A DNA stretch of 64,000 nt from Antedon mediterranea (Eukaryota; Animalia; Echinodermata), in contig NC_092673.1 of NCBI RefSeq assembly GCF_964355755.1, positions 23,805,648 to 23,869,647 of the forward strand, read 5' to 3'. The notes under the pieces were generated by a model that saw nothing but the letters and a program-made list of their open reading frames with translations, ran no database searches and was not told the DNA's origin. Shown in pieces: positions 12,589-26,216 of the stretch; the stretch's first letter is position 1; every line of letters begins with the position of its first letter. Both the position numbers and the translations under genes were made by a program.

Positions 12589-13109
12589 CATATTGTGCAC
12601 CAATAAATAAATATTTGTTTTTAAAGATTTTTTTTCTTTTCCTCAAAACTACAAAAAATGAAAAAAAAAAAAATGAATTATTAGTAGAAGGAGCTGGAAT
12701 GTCTGAGGTAGGTTGAAGGAAGCTTCAACTTTACCAATAATTATTAGTTTGGCAATGAGGATGAACCATCACCAACGATTGAAAGTAGCCTTTAATTTGG
12801 CTTAACAGATGCTGATTTTGATGACCTAGAATTTTTTTGCGAAATCGTACAAACAAACTCCAAGATGCTTGGTGCGATACCCCGTTCAAAGTCACTGCCA
12901 GACCAAATGCATTGTTGAACCAGTAGATGGGCTAGGTACAACATGAACTGTCCCCCTAGAAGTCAACAACGATTTACACCATGCTACTGACAAACCAGGG
13001 AGCATGTGGAAGTTCGAAACGTAGGAAATACTACCTCAGCAACATTTCTAATCAAGTTACAGAAGAGGTTTTGGCAGAAGTTAGCAAATCGCACCTGTTA
13101 CTGACGTTT

Positions 13110-13390
13110 TGAAAAACTTCGGGTACGAGATGTGACGATTCCTCTGGAATATTGACCTGAAGACTGACTACTTCGACCAACTGCGCACAAAACTTCGTGC
13201 AGCCCACGAACGGGCACGAATCGGACTTGGAGACAGTTCAGAGAACTTACAGGTATGACCAAAAGGCGAGCAAGCAGAACCGTTCCGAAGGGCAATTTGT
13301 ATGGCTATACAACTCCGCTAAAACCGTGGGCAAATCGCCAAACCTACATATGGTGCTGAAGAAATTGTCGGAACGCAATCACATGTGAGG
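13110..13390 (+). mobile_element. Ty3/gypsy integrase C-terminal relic
   Basis: LRAAHERAR, YDQKA..EGQFVWLYN..GKSPNL, resembling the region upstream of the GPY/F module. Confidence 0.55.
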
Positions 13391-14029
13391 ACCGAGGAAC
13401 CACAGATGGACGACGTGGGGCTGAAGCTCCAAGCACCCTGCAAGTTATGGAGCCACTGGAGGAGACAGAAGACCAAATTACAACAAACCGGGAGATTTCT
13501 CAGGGCGCGGAGGCGACCTGTCCTGTATGATGTATAGGGAAGTTTATGCCTTATGTTTATCTAAAAATAAAAATAAAAATTTGGTTGTGAGCAAGTTTCA
13601 TTGAGAAGGCATAAGGAAAATGAACACCGAGACAAGTTTCAATGCCGACATTGCACTGCAAAGTTTCCTTTCCTTTCAAGGAAAGCAGAGGAGGCGCCGA
13701 TTCTGGTCCTGTCTGGGAAGCCCCGGAATCTGTTAAGGTTGTGGGGGGCGGATGATGCGGCGTTTTGTCGCGAGGACGGTAGTGGAAGATTTTGAAAGGG
13801 AGGTGCAGTGTCCGCGAGACTGTTCCAAGAGATCCAGTATAGGAAGGGAGAGAAGTGAAGAGAAGTAATCACCCGAGCATACACAATGAATGACTATTAT
13901 TATTATTCTGGTAAATTTCCATAAGAAAACATCATATAAATATCTATATATTTTTTAAAAAACGTTTTCTTATGGAAATTGGAGTATCGAATTAGGTGTG
14001 GTGCCACCCAGTCGATAAGCAATAGGCAA

Positions 14030-14345
14030 ACTTATACCACCATTGGATCCGGATGTAGATATTTTGTTGCTATTAGGACGTGATGCGCCTCAAGAAAACA
14101 AGGCCAGAGAAGTTCGGAACGCATGGACCTAGGATGGGTCGTAATTGGAGAATAGTTTTAGAGTGGTGTTTGATTCCAGTGCTGAGTACCAGGGATCTTC
14201 GTTGAATATTGAGTGGACCAGACATGGTGAATGGATTGCTAGGTGTGCTAATGAGGTTTCGCGAGGAACAGATGTTCTATTCCTTTCAAGTAAAAGAAGA
14301 GCATAGAGACTTTTTGCGTTTCTTATGGTTTGAAGACAATGACGC
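14030..14345 (+). mobile_element. BEL/Pao protease-RT relic
   Basis: LDPDVDILLLLGRDAP; RVVFDSSAEYQGSSLN; SGPDMVNGLLGVLMRFRE.QMFYSFQVKEEHRDFLRFLWF. Confidence 0.85.
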
Positions 14346-15129
14346 AAAGAAAAAGAAAATGGGAGAAAAAAAATGTGTGGGAAGCTGTTTCCAAAGAAGT
14401 CAACGTCTCGGTAGAAGAGTGCCAACGTATTTATAACATTCGATTAACAGCATTTTCCAGCTAGTGTTTGCTTTTATTATTATAATTATTAATTATTAAA
14501 ATAATTTTAGTGGTGCAGGCAGGGATAATTTCCTCCACATTGGCCAAGAGTGGGAGCACATGAAATGGCCGATTCAACATATCAACCATAGGAAAACACA
14601 AGAGTCAGAAGGCATGTCCATTACATTGACCAAGCCAGAAGCATCAGCTGAGAAATGTAGAATTGTTATGTTGAAATGTTTAATATTTATGTTAAATAAC
14701 ATCAGCAATATATTTAAACCGGTTTCGGCATCGACCAGTTGGATCAGATTAGATTACTACACAAAATTATCTTCCCAGATCCTAATATGTTCGATGTGTG
14801 CGCTGTTAAGCTAGATAAGTTAGATAGTTCTGCTGTTGAGGCTAAATAGAATGCTTATCGATTGTGTTGCTTAAGAATGCTAGGATGGGAGAGCTGAACA
14901 CACACCAGATAATTATAGCAGGGTCACATCACGTGTCTGAATTAATCATTCAATATTACCATACACAAGTCCAAAATCAGGGAAAGCATTTCACTCGAGG
15001 AGCTATTATCAAAATATAAAAAATATCGTCTCTGAACTCATCGCCAAGGAATTTGAAAATAACTGTGTCGCCGCGCCCACAGAACCAGAGATCCTTGACA
15101 ACTCTGTAGGTGATGTCGTACTGCATAGA

Positions 15130-15310
15130 GATTTTGTTGCAGAAGTCAAAAGGTGGGCCACGTCTGAACAAAATTTTGCACTTGGACTTGTTAGAAAACT
15201 CTTCACCAAGAGATATGAATGGGTAACATGAATGGAAAGCAGGGCCATCAGCAACTCGATGCCATACGCATACAATGGATAAAAGATCGAGTCATCAAAT
15301 CTTATTCAAT
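15130..15310 (+). pseudogene. BEN-domain relic
   Basis: NFALGLVRKLFT..(frameshift)..GNMNGKQGHQQLDAIRIQWIKDRV matches the BEN pattern FA..L...LFT..N..GK..LD..RI..IK. Confidence 0.6.
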
Positions 15311-15334
15311 TCCATTAAACAAACAAACACGAAT

Positions 15335-15527
15335 GTTGATAGTAAATCGCCAGTATGGGTTTAGGAAAAATCTAACAATACGTGACCTACTGAGTAACAT
15401 ATATACATCTCTTGAAAAGGGAGAATTTTTGCTCAGTACATTTTGGGATTTATCCAAAGCCTTTGGCGTTGTAAATCACGACAATGTATTATCTAAACTT
15501 TCGAATTATGGAGTCGGATGTTGCTAA
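15335..15527 (+). mobile_element. L2/CR1 LINE RT fragment
   Basis: QYGFRKNL..FWDLSKAFGVVNH..LSKLSNYGV. Confidence 0.75.
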
Positions 15528-15556
15528 TTAATAGTGATTTTATTTTTGGTATACAG

Positions 15557-16482
15557 GTATTTACAAAGATAAGCGATTTCTCGGTAAACATGGATATCGT
15601 GAATTCTTACATTAGACCCGACTCGGTGGGTGTACCAGAAGCGAAATGCTCTGCATTTCAGCGTATGTAACAGAGGTAATTTTTGTTGTTGAGAAATAAG
15701 TCATTTACATTGTGACATTACTAAACTTGACTTCCAATGTAAATTATGACGTCATATGGACAATCACTACCTGCTTTCAACAGAGTTTTATTTTATTTGT
15801 TTTAATTATTTCTTTCATTTATGTTTATTTTACTTTATTTATGTGTTGTTTCTTTATTAATTCATTAATTTAAATTATTTGACTTTAACTGAAGCAACAA
15901 AAACGGTACCTTGATATTAATTTTTTGTTTTTTTAATTTTCCATATTGGCTGTTATTGTAGATAATTTAATATTAATATTTTCCAATTGTTTTCTTTTTG
16001 TATGTAGATTGGAAATTTGTTAGAGAGGAGGAACATAAAACTGGAAGGAGGTGACGCAAACATTGATGTGGTCTTGTGGAATGAGAGTGCTCAAAAATCA
16101 AAAGAAATACAGACAGGTTAATCAGTACCGAGTCTAGTACAATTGAAGTAAGTGTGAAATTACGTAATTTATTTTATAATGATACATTGTAATATCTTTG
16201 GTTGCTGACATGTTTTTGTTCAAATATGACAACTTTTCAACATTACTCTTTGGTAAGTTGTTCTTGATGCATCTTTTAATGGTGCATGTGTTAGTTTAGC
16301 TGTAGTACCCATTGCTGTTTTTAAGTTTTGTATTGCACATTTATATTGTGCTTTGGGTCATCAAGGCATTGATCTTTGTATGTTTATAAATTAATTTTTG
16401 TATATTATGTGATTATATTTTTTCAGTTCTGCACATTAGAAGAGAAAACTGGTGCAATCATCGCAATAGGTGATCAGAATAG
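15557..16482 (+). pseudogene. Three splice-flanked exon relics, one OB-fold-like
   Basis: Segments bounded by ag..gt at about 15557-15676 (in-frame stop), 16008-16116 (RNIKLEGGDANIDVVLWNESA) and 16427-16482. Confidence 0.35.
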
Positions 16483-17209
16483 GTATGTAAATTACATAGC
16501 AATGTTCACAATATAAAATGTATGTATAGTATAGGTTTTCTCTTGAGTTTGTTTTATTTGTATAGCACCACTATGAAATGGGATATTTACCTTGTGACTA
16601 TACTATTAATAACTTTGTACTCGGCTTTATATAGTAGATGTTACATTAGTTTAATAAACTGATATCCATATTCTGAATAATTTATCTAAAACAATAAAAG
16701 CAAAATACAACAATACACATTCAATTCACTAATTAGAAGTTACTTTACAACAGAGTTTAGAGGAAAAGATCATCCACCGGCAAGTATCTCGGCCATGGCC
16801 GCACTACTCTTGCCCACCGGGGCAGGGGCCTACCATCCACAAAAAAATGTTAAACTATCATTATTATTCTCGGGAATTTTAAAGGTTTTTCTCGCTCCTC
16901 CTTGAGTGTGATCTTTGTGCTGACAGTGTGATTACTCTGTGTTAAGTGTGTGTTGTCACTATGTGATCTTTTGTGACCATTCTGTTAACTGTGTGGTGTG
17001 AGTGTGGGACACCATCCCATGTCCATGGGAGCCACATGGACAAGCGCCTCACCACTGTCACCATCCGCTGTCGCCGTTGACCGAGAGCTGGTCAGGACGC
17101 CACCGGCTGGTGACCAGTGACAAGATCACAGCCCGTCACCACCCAAGCAAAGGCATATGATGACCGAAAAAAGCTACCCCTGCACAACACCTGATTTTGT
17201 GGGTGACGT

Positions 17210-17790
17210 GAACCTATTGAACAGTGTTAGGATATACGAAGTTCATCATAAACTATACCAAACACACCTTGAATTCGCACAAATCAAGAAACGGTTATTT
17301 GATCGTTAGAAATAAAGATTACTCCTGATGTCAGGACTTATCTAGATGAGTCAAGCTGCTCGACTGGCTGATGACTATGCCCAACGCATAAACCAGCATT
17401 TATTCAAAAGCCCCAGTCACAATCAGTCATGTCTTCTGGAAACAAAGATTATTTAAACCTCAAGGGATACAGGTGTTTCTTAATTTTATAAACGGACCTG
17501 TAGTAGTTAGGGTTCTAAAGGAACTTTATGGGCGTCACCTTTGTTTTAGGGAATGATTTAGCTGGGGCTATGGTAAAAGCAGACAAAACCAGTATGTTCC
17601 CTGTGTGCGCTATTATGCATTCTTTAGCCTCAACAGCAGAACTATCTAAAACAAAAGATTGAGTATATGCTCCCAAACGATATTATTGAACCATGTTTTA
17701 GTCAGGAGTTCACCATGTGTGTATTGAACAGAACAGAAAGTGGTTGCTAATAAAACAGGATGATTTGATTGGTTGTATTGACCTGAACAT
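17210..17790 (+). mobile_element. Ty3/gypsy gag-protease-RT relic, heavily deleted
   Basis: DVRTYLDE..AARLADDYA, GPVVVRV..GVTFVLGNDLAG, IEYMLPNDIIEPC, DDLIGCI. Confidence 0.65.
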
Positions 17791-18724
17791 GTATTTCATA
17801 TAGGAGATAGGTTGGACTTCCACTTCCGGTAAAAGTGCTGAGATACCTAAAGATTGAAAAAAAGTTATATATTTGTTTTATATAAATTGGTGTCTTGTAT
17901 GTCGAGTCTAAAAAGATATCAAGACGTGGATCAAGATTATATAACTTATACTTTGTATTGCCTATCTTCTCTTTGTGCTTTGCATGTAACGAGAGGACCC
18001 ACCAGCATCGCAGGGACTTCCTCAAGGGAGTGGTCTCCCTGCTGCCCAGGAAAGCCTCGAAGGGAGCGGTTAGCCTGGTCAACAGGAAGTCACACACACA
18101 TGCCTCCCATCGCCTATCCAGCAGGTGGATAGCGATCTTAAGGACAGCAGCACGGGCGGTGGGAGCTAAAGACCTCGTGCTGCGAGCATCAGAAATGCAG
18201 AAAACCCAGATGCAAAACAAGAGAACTGAATCCATTTTTCACAATATGAGAGCAAAAAAAAATCTATTTTCTACTGAAACTCTACTCTACGGTAGTTTAT
18301 GATGAAACTTACAGTGTGATTCGACCTCATGCAAACTCGGGCACTACTATTCAAGGCAGGAACACAAAAACAGGAAGACATATTCTTTTATACATGGGGG
18401 TAGGAGAACAACGATATAATTGATGGAACAGTTGCTTCAAGATGGCGTAGAAAGAGATGACAATAAACATCATCACTGTCTCTTCATTTATTGGAGATGA
18501 CAGTTTATACCTCTTATGCCAAGAACAGCAATAAACAGGAAATTTGCCAACATGAACAGCAGGTTAATTTTTTTCAACATCTTATTGTAGATACCAAAGA
18601 AAAAAATACAGACGACTTCACGGGCAATTACACACTTTGTGGGAGAAGTTCAGAGCGGGAACCAGAACTGCTAAGCAATTGCTTCACGCTTGTTCCCATC
18701 TGTATGGAAACATTCCCGTGTAAA

Positions 18725-19040
18725 ACATGGTGGGTCGATAAAAGAACGAGTCCTTTCAGGTCGAGCCATACATACACATAAAATTATATTTGAGACATTT
18801 GAACAACTGAGATTTCATGCCTATCTTGATTCACTTAAAGGAGGTCAATATGACACTACCATTTCTCAATTGGAAAGAATTGATTGGAAAGATGATAGAT
18901 CCAACTTTTGACTATAGAAGAAACCTTAAACCGAGATATCAAAAGGTTCACATTGAACAGATCTGCAGTTCAACGTTGGTTGCTAGCCCAACCTGAACGT
19001 GCAGAGATTGCCATGTCCTGTGAAAGGATGTGCGAATTTG
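18725..19040 (+). mobile_element. DNA transposase relic (Academ-like, tentative)
   Basis: GS...VLSG..RAIHTHKIIFETFEQL and TIEETLNRDIK..FTLNRSAVQRWLLAQPERAEI. Confidence 0.45.
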
Positions 19041-21371
19041 AAACTGAATTTCTGAATTCAAAAGAAAGATGGCACATGAATCAAAATGATCAGGGACATA
19101 AGTTCAGGTGCAGTGGCTATTCAAAAACGTTACAAAACAATTAAAATAGATATGAGACTCCAAAAGAAAAAAATACAGACGACTTCACAGGCAATTACAC
19201 ACTTTGTGGGAGAAGTTCAGAGCGGGAACCAGAATTGCTAAGCAATTGCTTGATTGTTTTTAACTCCAGGACAATTACCTGTCCTCAATTCACCGCACGT
19301 CCAAAAACTGGCTTAGAGCCCCCAAAATTTTAGGTTCAACATGTCCTCTACCTATGTAGCTGGGACCGCAAGTCCCTTGTTTTAATTATGATTTGAATAG
19401 AAAGAAATAATCAAGAATCGAGAACACAGATAGATTGTCAGTGCAGTCTGTTTTAAAATTATTAGTCTAGTCGAAACTAAATGAAATGTTTTTTCATAAA
19501 ACAGAAAGTGGTTTAAATGGTCAAAAAAGTGAACTGCCTCTAAAAACGTGAAAAAAGAATGCGTTTTCATGTGAACTGCGATTAAAAAGAATCCGGTATA
19601 ATAAGGGTTTTAAGATGATTAAGAAGAAAAAAATAACACATATTATCGAGATGGGAACATTAGCATGGTAGAACTAGAAGAAGTGACCGAAGAGTATTTG
19701 TAAACTTTATTATTTATTGATACCCAAAAAGAAACACTACAATTACAAGAGGTTATCAGGACGGCACCGGCTGGTGACCAGCGACAAGACCACAGCCCGT
19801 CACCACCCAAGCAAAGGCGAATGATGACTGATAAGAACTACCACTGCCCGATAGCGGCATGCACCATGAGGCAGGGCACCGCCAAGGACCATCTGTTGGT
19901 GCACGCTCCAGATTTCATGGATGACGCCTATTGTAAGTGAGAGGACCCACCAGGGTCGCTGGGATTTCCTCATGGGAGTGGCGTAGTAAGAGATGACAAT
20001 AACATCATCACTGTCTCTTCATTTATTGGAGATGACAGTTTATACCTCTTACGCCAGAAACAGCAATAAACAGGAAATTCGCCAACATGAACAAAAGGTC
20101 AATTTTATTTATCTTATTGTAGTGCTGTGCATTTTAAGGATTTTTCCGGGCTTACGATCGAAGACCTCCGTAAGCCTCAGTATTACACAATATTGACAGC
20201 CATGACGTTATTGATATACTGTAGGGTCAAACGATCTTTACATCATCATCTAATCCACCACTGGACGTGGCTACACAACATATAACAACGGTACGGGTTG
20301 ACATGTTTACCTTTATAGCACCCACGTGAGGTTATACTACTATGTTCAGCCCTTTACAGAGCATACCACACTGGTGAGCATATTGAAGATTCCAATGATG
20401 CAATGATGATGATGATTTAAAAAAAATCAAGATGCATGAGACGCTATTAAAGATACCACATCACCTAAAACCAGAAAACTTCAACAAGTTAAAAGGAAGT
20501 TGATACATCATCAGTAACAATCAGAACATATTCAAGTTCAATTATATCATTTATACATAAAATCAACAAATGCCCCGAACATTGCAATTATTAAAAGAGG
20601 TGACCAGCAAGCTAAAAGAACTGCTGATAGAGAGCTGTCGGCAAATGGAACAACCAAAACATATGTACTGTATTTAAAAAGTTTTAAACTACTTTTAAAC
20701 AATTTTAAAGGCTTAATATGGAAAAGAAAGTAAGAAATCCAGTAGGGGCAAGTAAACTATCCATCAAATTGTAAGTATAATTTTCAGTGACATGGTGTAG
20801 TTGGGATTTTAAGATTAGAAAGAGATATTAGCATCTACTAAAGAGAATGCTGGGAAATACAAATGAGTATAAACATGGAAAACAGGATTAGCTTTCTTTC
20901 TTTCAGATTTTCCTATTTTTTTTTTTTTAATTTGTTTGTATGTAAATTTATTGAAGCTTTATTCAAGCTCCCTACTTTAACAGTTCCAAAATAATAAACT
21001 GTCATAATAAATATACTATACAGTTGTCATTTAGTAATTGAGCATTGACTTCTACTCGAGCACTATAATATTACTTTCTAGAGAAAATAAACTAAATGAA
21101 TGTGTTCCACTAGGTACATTTTTTTTTGTGTAAATCAAAAGCGTCGGCAATCAATTCTAGTTCATTGAGTTTTTAACTCATCAAAATTAGTAGTATGAAC
21201 ATTTCCTACAATTTGGAAGATAGTATATGGGTAACAAATTTGTTTTCTTTGCAAGTGAAAATTAAAAGTCTTAACATTGATGATTGTCATTGCAAATTAA
21301 ATTAGATACCTCAAGGAACCAATTTTATGAAATTCTAATGTCAGTCAGCAGTTCAGTTTTTTGCAGTTCAG

Positions 21372-21956
21372 CTGGTTGCATTGTTTTAAATCAAAGTTGA
21401 CACTGTAATTCCATTGTTGAACAAGACTATCATAGTAACATGGCTTTGTTATTTCATCATATTTGTTTACATTGTCATATATCCAGGTAGTCTGTCAACC
21501 TTAAGAAGGTACTGTAGCTGGTATAAGATGTGAAATATTTGCAATTCTGGTTCCATTGTTTTAAATCAAAGTTGGTGCTGTAATTCTATTGTAACATTAT
21601 AAAACATGGTTTTGTTATTTCATCATATTTGTTTACATTGTCATATATCCAGGTAGCGAGTCAACCTGAGGTACTGTAGCTGGTATAAGATGTGAAATAT
21701 GTGCAATTTCTGGTTCCATTGTTTAAAATCAAAGTTGGTGCTCTATTATAACATCATAGTAACATGGTTTTGTTATTCTCATCGTATTTGTTTACATTGT
21801 CATATATCCAGGTAGTGAGTCAAGCCTTAAGAAGGTACTGTAGCTGGTATAAGATGTGAAATATGTGCAATTCTGGTTCCATTGTTTTAAATCAAAGTTG
21901 GTGCTGTAATTCCATTGTAACATCATAGTAACATGGCTTCATTTTTATTTTCATCA
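21372..21956. repeat. Tandem repeat, about 163-175-bp unit, about 3.5 copies
   Basis: Unit starts ctggtt(c/g)cattgtttt(a)aaatcaaagttg at 21372, 21547, 21710 and 21873. Confidence 0.9.
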
Positions 21957-22871
21957 TGCATTGTGAAATGACGTTTCTCATGAATATTTGCGATAAACCT
22001 TATCAGTTGGCCTGTTCCATTCCAATTCCATTGTTTAACATCTGTAGGTCAGTTGGCCTCATGATGCTTCTTGGACAAGACATGAAACAGTGCCATAATA
22101 ATGAATGTTTAGTACTGTAGATTTAAATCAAAGTTCCTTCTGATCTCCAAATTACTACTTCATGTGTAGGCTTTATTTTCAGCAAATTAGCCCTGTCAAA
22201 AGGATGTCTGAAGGAATGGTAACTTAATCCAATACAGCCAAGTCAAGATGATAATCACAGATGTATTTGCTTGAGAGAAAATTGGATAACGCAATTCCAT
22301 TATTACATTCCTTGAAAAAGTCCTGCTGGCATTAATAACATCTTCTGTGTACTGCTACCATATTTATTAGTCGAGTAGAGTAAGGAATGCAGACAATTTG
22401 TAGAAAATGTTGTGTTTTTTTTAAAACATAAAATGGTTCCTTGAGGAATTCATATTAATTTTGCGTGCATCATCATTTTGTTTTAAATTTTGTCAATATT
22501 ATACAAATAAACCAATTAGTAGAACATTTGATTAACAGGTTCAAGAAAGTAATATTATGCTACTGAGAAGGAGGCAAGGAAAATTTCAGGTAATTCGTCA
22601 TGCATCCCAACTTTAAACTAAAGGAAAATGATACACTTGCACATTGCTGGGAGGAATGAAAGAAAAGACTCTTCATGTTATAAATCCTATACAGTTATAT
22701 TAAATTACAGTCATATATTCCACTTGTTACATCTTCTCCAATTTGGCGTTTAAAAAATGAGGTTTAAGACCTAATCGACATTTGAACAGAGCCTGAAATA
22801 TTGGATCACGTAGAAGACAAAAACTAGAAGTGATAAAAAGATCACAAAATATTAACAAGTAGGGCAACAAA

Positions 22872-24490
22872 AATGGGCTACAAAGATACCACAAGCAAAC
22901 ATATACGCAATACCTAAGAATGTTCTTTTGGAAGGAAAGATGTCAAGAAACAACAAATATTACTAAAGGTCTAACAGCAGAGGCCACTTCTACTTTTCTG
23001 TGCCGGGGTAATTGCTGTAATATTATTATGGCCTAAATGTACCGGTTGCCTATTACAGAAGAATCAAAGCTTGTCTGAGCTGTAATTCTTTCGTTTTATT
23101 AGAATCGCTTTCTTCGCCTTTATTTTTCTTGCCGAGATCTTCTCCCGGTAGGTGGAATTAGAAGGATAAATCTGTATTTCTTTCTAAACTCCCATAAGGC
23201 ATTGCATCACCTAATATATTAAAAAAGAATTTAATAGCCTTAATATTTTGTGTATATATCCCAAAGATAAAGAAGGGTTTTCAGTTCTATTTTATGAATA
23301 TATAGGAAATACACACATTATCTGATCTCATTTTAGAATAATCAAGATAAGCACTAACACTATGGGTGTTTGGTATGGTTGACAGCTATATGGAGGCAGA
23401 TTTATTACGACTAGTTTTATTATCGACTGCACCCCAAATTGATAGATTTCGATGCACCAACAAATGACTAAAGATGACCATTTCAATGCAGAGAGAGTGG
23501 GACAAGGTTACATTTCAGTAGATTCACTTGCTATATTTATGACTATCATAATTTATTCCAAACTATATTTTCTTTTAAAAAAGACACTGAGAAGAGCTCA
23601 AAGAAGTGACCAATCGTTCAGTTTACCCCACCTTTTATAATTGCCTGAAACAATTATAATTATTTGCAGAAATAGATGGGAACATCATGAGTTCTAAGTA
23701 TTGGCAGACTCTTTTTGGTTTTTCTGCTATTAAGGGAAACACTTTTTGTTTGATAAATTGAAAGAAACCTTTCTATTCTGTCATCTAACATTTAAAATAA
23801 TGTAATTTTTATCAGCGAGAATCTGAACTGCAAAGAACAAGTGTGTGGAAAAGAATCAGCAAACAATTCAAATGGCCAAGACGTTGGGAAGAAAGGAAAC
23901 CATAAATCAAAGAAATCTAACTTACAATATTGATGCTGATGCATTTCACAGCATTTGAAAACTATGCAAAAAAGGGCACGATGAGAGTAAATGAAATGGG
24001 CTACAAAGATACCACAAGCAAACATGTGCGCAATCAATAAAAATACCACCTAAGAATGTTCTTTTGGAAGGAAACAACAAAAACTGTAATCATTCAAGCT
24101 AAAATTAATAAGCAATTGAATATGAATTTTACCTCTTCTTTTGATCTTATTACTAAGGTCTAACAGGAGAGGCAGTTAGAATTATGTTGACCTTGGTCAC
24201 CATGCATCTTAAGTGATGTTTCTTTTGTTTTTCCACTGGATTAAATGTTATGGAATCACTTCTACGTTTCTGTGCCGGGGTAATTGCTGTAATGTTATTG
24301 CTCTTGCTTCTTTTATGGCCTAAATGTACCTATTGCCTAACAAAAGAATCAAAGCTTGTCTGAGCTGTAATTCCTAACAAGGGAAACAGTTTTTGATTGA
24401 TAAATTGAAAGAAACTTTTCTATTCTGTCGTCTGACATTTAAACAATGTCATTTTTATCAGCGAGAATCTGAGCTGCAAAAGAACAACCT
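22872..24490. repeat. Local segmental duplications
   Basis: 22872-23087 is similar to 23994-24372 (the first copy is internally deleted), and 23731-23840 is similar to 24379-24488. Confidence 0.8.
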
Positions 24491-25234
24491 GAAATGAAAA
24501 GTTGATGAAATATAGACCAAATCTGTGGCAAACAAAATTTGTTGAACATGCCAAAACATTTGAATAAACTTAAATAGACAATACGCACTACACATCCCGA
24601 TTTTTGGTATCCATTATGAGTGCCTTAAATTCCTTTTTTTCAAATTCAGTTCCATTATTGGAAAAACTTAAATATCTCCAAATAGAGCAGAATCTTTTAA
24701 AAATGTTTGCATTGCTTTAATAGCTGTATATCTACGCCAAAAGTGGCATGCAAATCCTTATTATAAGTGAAACAATAAAAAAATAAATAAGTGTTTACTT
24801 TTATTCACAGATTACAAAATACAAACAATGCAGCAAAGTACAGCAACATGCCAAAATGGCATTGTAATCAAAGTGAGTCTGATATGTATTTTGAGGAAAT
24901 AAGGAGTAGTACTTCCATACACCCATTGAATGAACGAACATTTAAATTGGGTTGTCGTAAAGAATTAGGGCTTTCATTTCAGCAGGGCTTGTTTTTTGTT
25001 TTTGTTGTGACTACACTAGCTCACTGGGCTAGATAACTGTTCGTACAACTTTCTCCCAATAACATCTGAACCATAGAAAAATTCCTGTAAAATTCTGTTT
25101 TCAGTACAGTATATAGCTTTCGTACAGTGTACATTTGGTACATGCATGCTAAGGTTAATTTTTTTCTTCTCCAAATTGGCGAAATGTTCTCGGTTTCTCC
25201 ACCAAATTGTAAACCCTTGCAATCACATTTCAGA

Positions 25235-25710
25235 CCATGGAATTCTGGCAAAATGACATTTTTTTGCCACAAGCCATGATGAGAATCCATGGCACTACCA
25301 AGCGGCTAGTAGCCAGAGCCAGTCTGCAAGCTACAGAGGAAAACCAAAAATTGAATGCAAAACAGATGGAATTAAGTTCTTCTTCAAAAATCGAAAAATA
25401 GAAACTCATTGAGCGGTTTTCAAAATCGAAGACTACTACAGGCACACAGTCCTATCATAGTTTTTTCCCTATTAATGAAGGACAATTAGAGATGAGACGA
25501 CTCTCAAACGATAATGTAGCCTAGTTTCATTCGGAGATGCAGTGCAATTGGTGGAGATGCAGTGCAATTGGTTCAGCCTCAGAAACTGAAAACATTATTA
25601 ACAGCCAGAAAAATACATCGCATGACAATGACTGGTATATCGGTACTATAATGGAGAGATCAGAGAAGCAACATGATGTACTAGTTAGGTCTATGAGTAG
25701 GGCAAAGGGC
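25235..25710 (+). mobile_element. Sola2-like transposase C-terminal relic
   Basis: FFATSH.., GTTKRLVARASLQ, TGTQSYHSFFP, and DNDWYIGTI..DVLVRSM. Confidence 0.6.
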
Positions 25711-26216
25711 TCAAATGAAGCTAAGCAGATGATGGGTATGTTTTCCGCACGACAGACCATGAAATCGAACGCGACATTAGATTTTCTTGCGTGTGGCATC
25801 AAGGCTAGAAAAAAAATAAGACAACAGAATTTCTGGCGAACCTTGATCTTCCATTCAAAATCAATCTTCTAAAATTGACTGTGAAAGTTGGAAGGAATCA
25901 AAGAACCACAAGAGAAGTGGAGGAAGGAACAAACAGTCTGGTGAAACATATGTATTATTAGGTGGGCTTAGAGGTAGATTTTTATATAATTATAAATCAT
26001 TTAAATATGTAGGCCTACTTCATGAAGTTGTATTATTATATTATATAATGCACTGCTGGCTGCCGTGGGTCCGTAGAGGGCCTAATCTGAATTGCCACAC
26101 TTTTTCTAGAATTGTGCAACAATAAAAATTAAGATTTTCATATTATTTATTGTCATACTGTACCAGTAGTTACTATAGTTCCTGTTTATGCTATTTACAA
26201 AACATTTCTAATATAG

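Noticed and set aside
13601-13795. C2H2 zinc-finger gene (HKENEH..FQCRHC)
   Set aside because: Only a partial finger with no continuation; probably TE-associated debris and too weak to call.
17747-18302. Overlapping 92-162 aa ORFs as a gene
   Set aside because: They span junctions between unrelated fragments and show no recognisable domain or splice structure.
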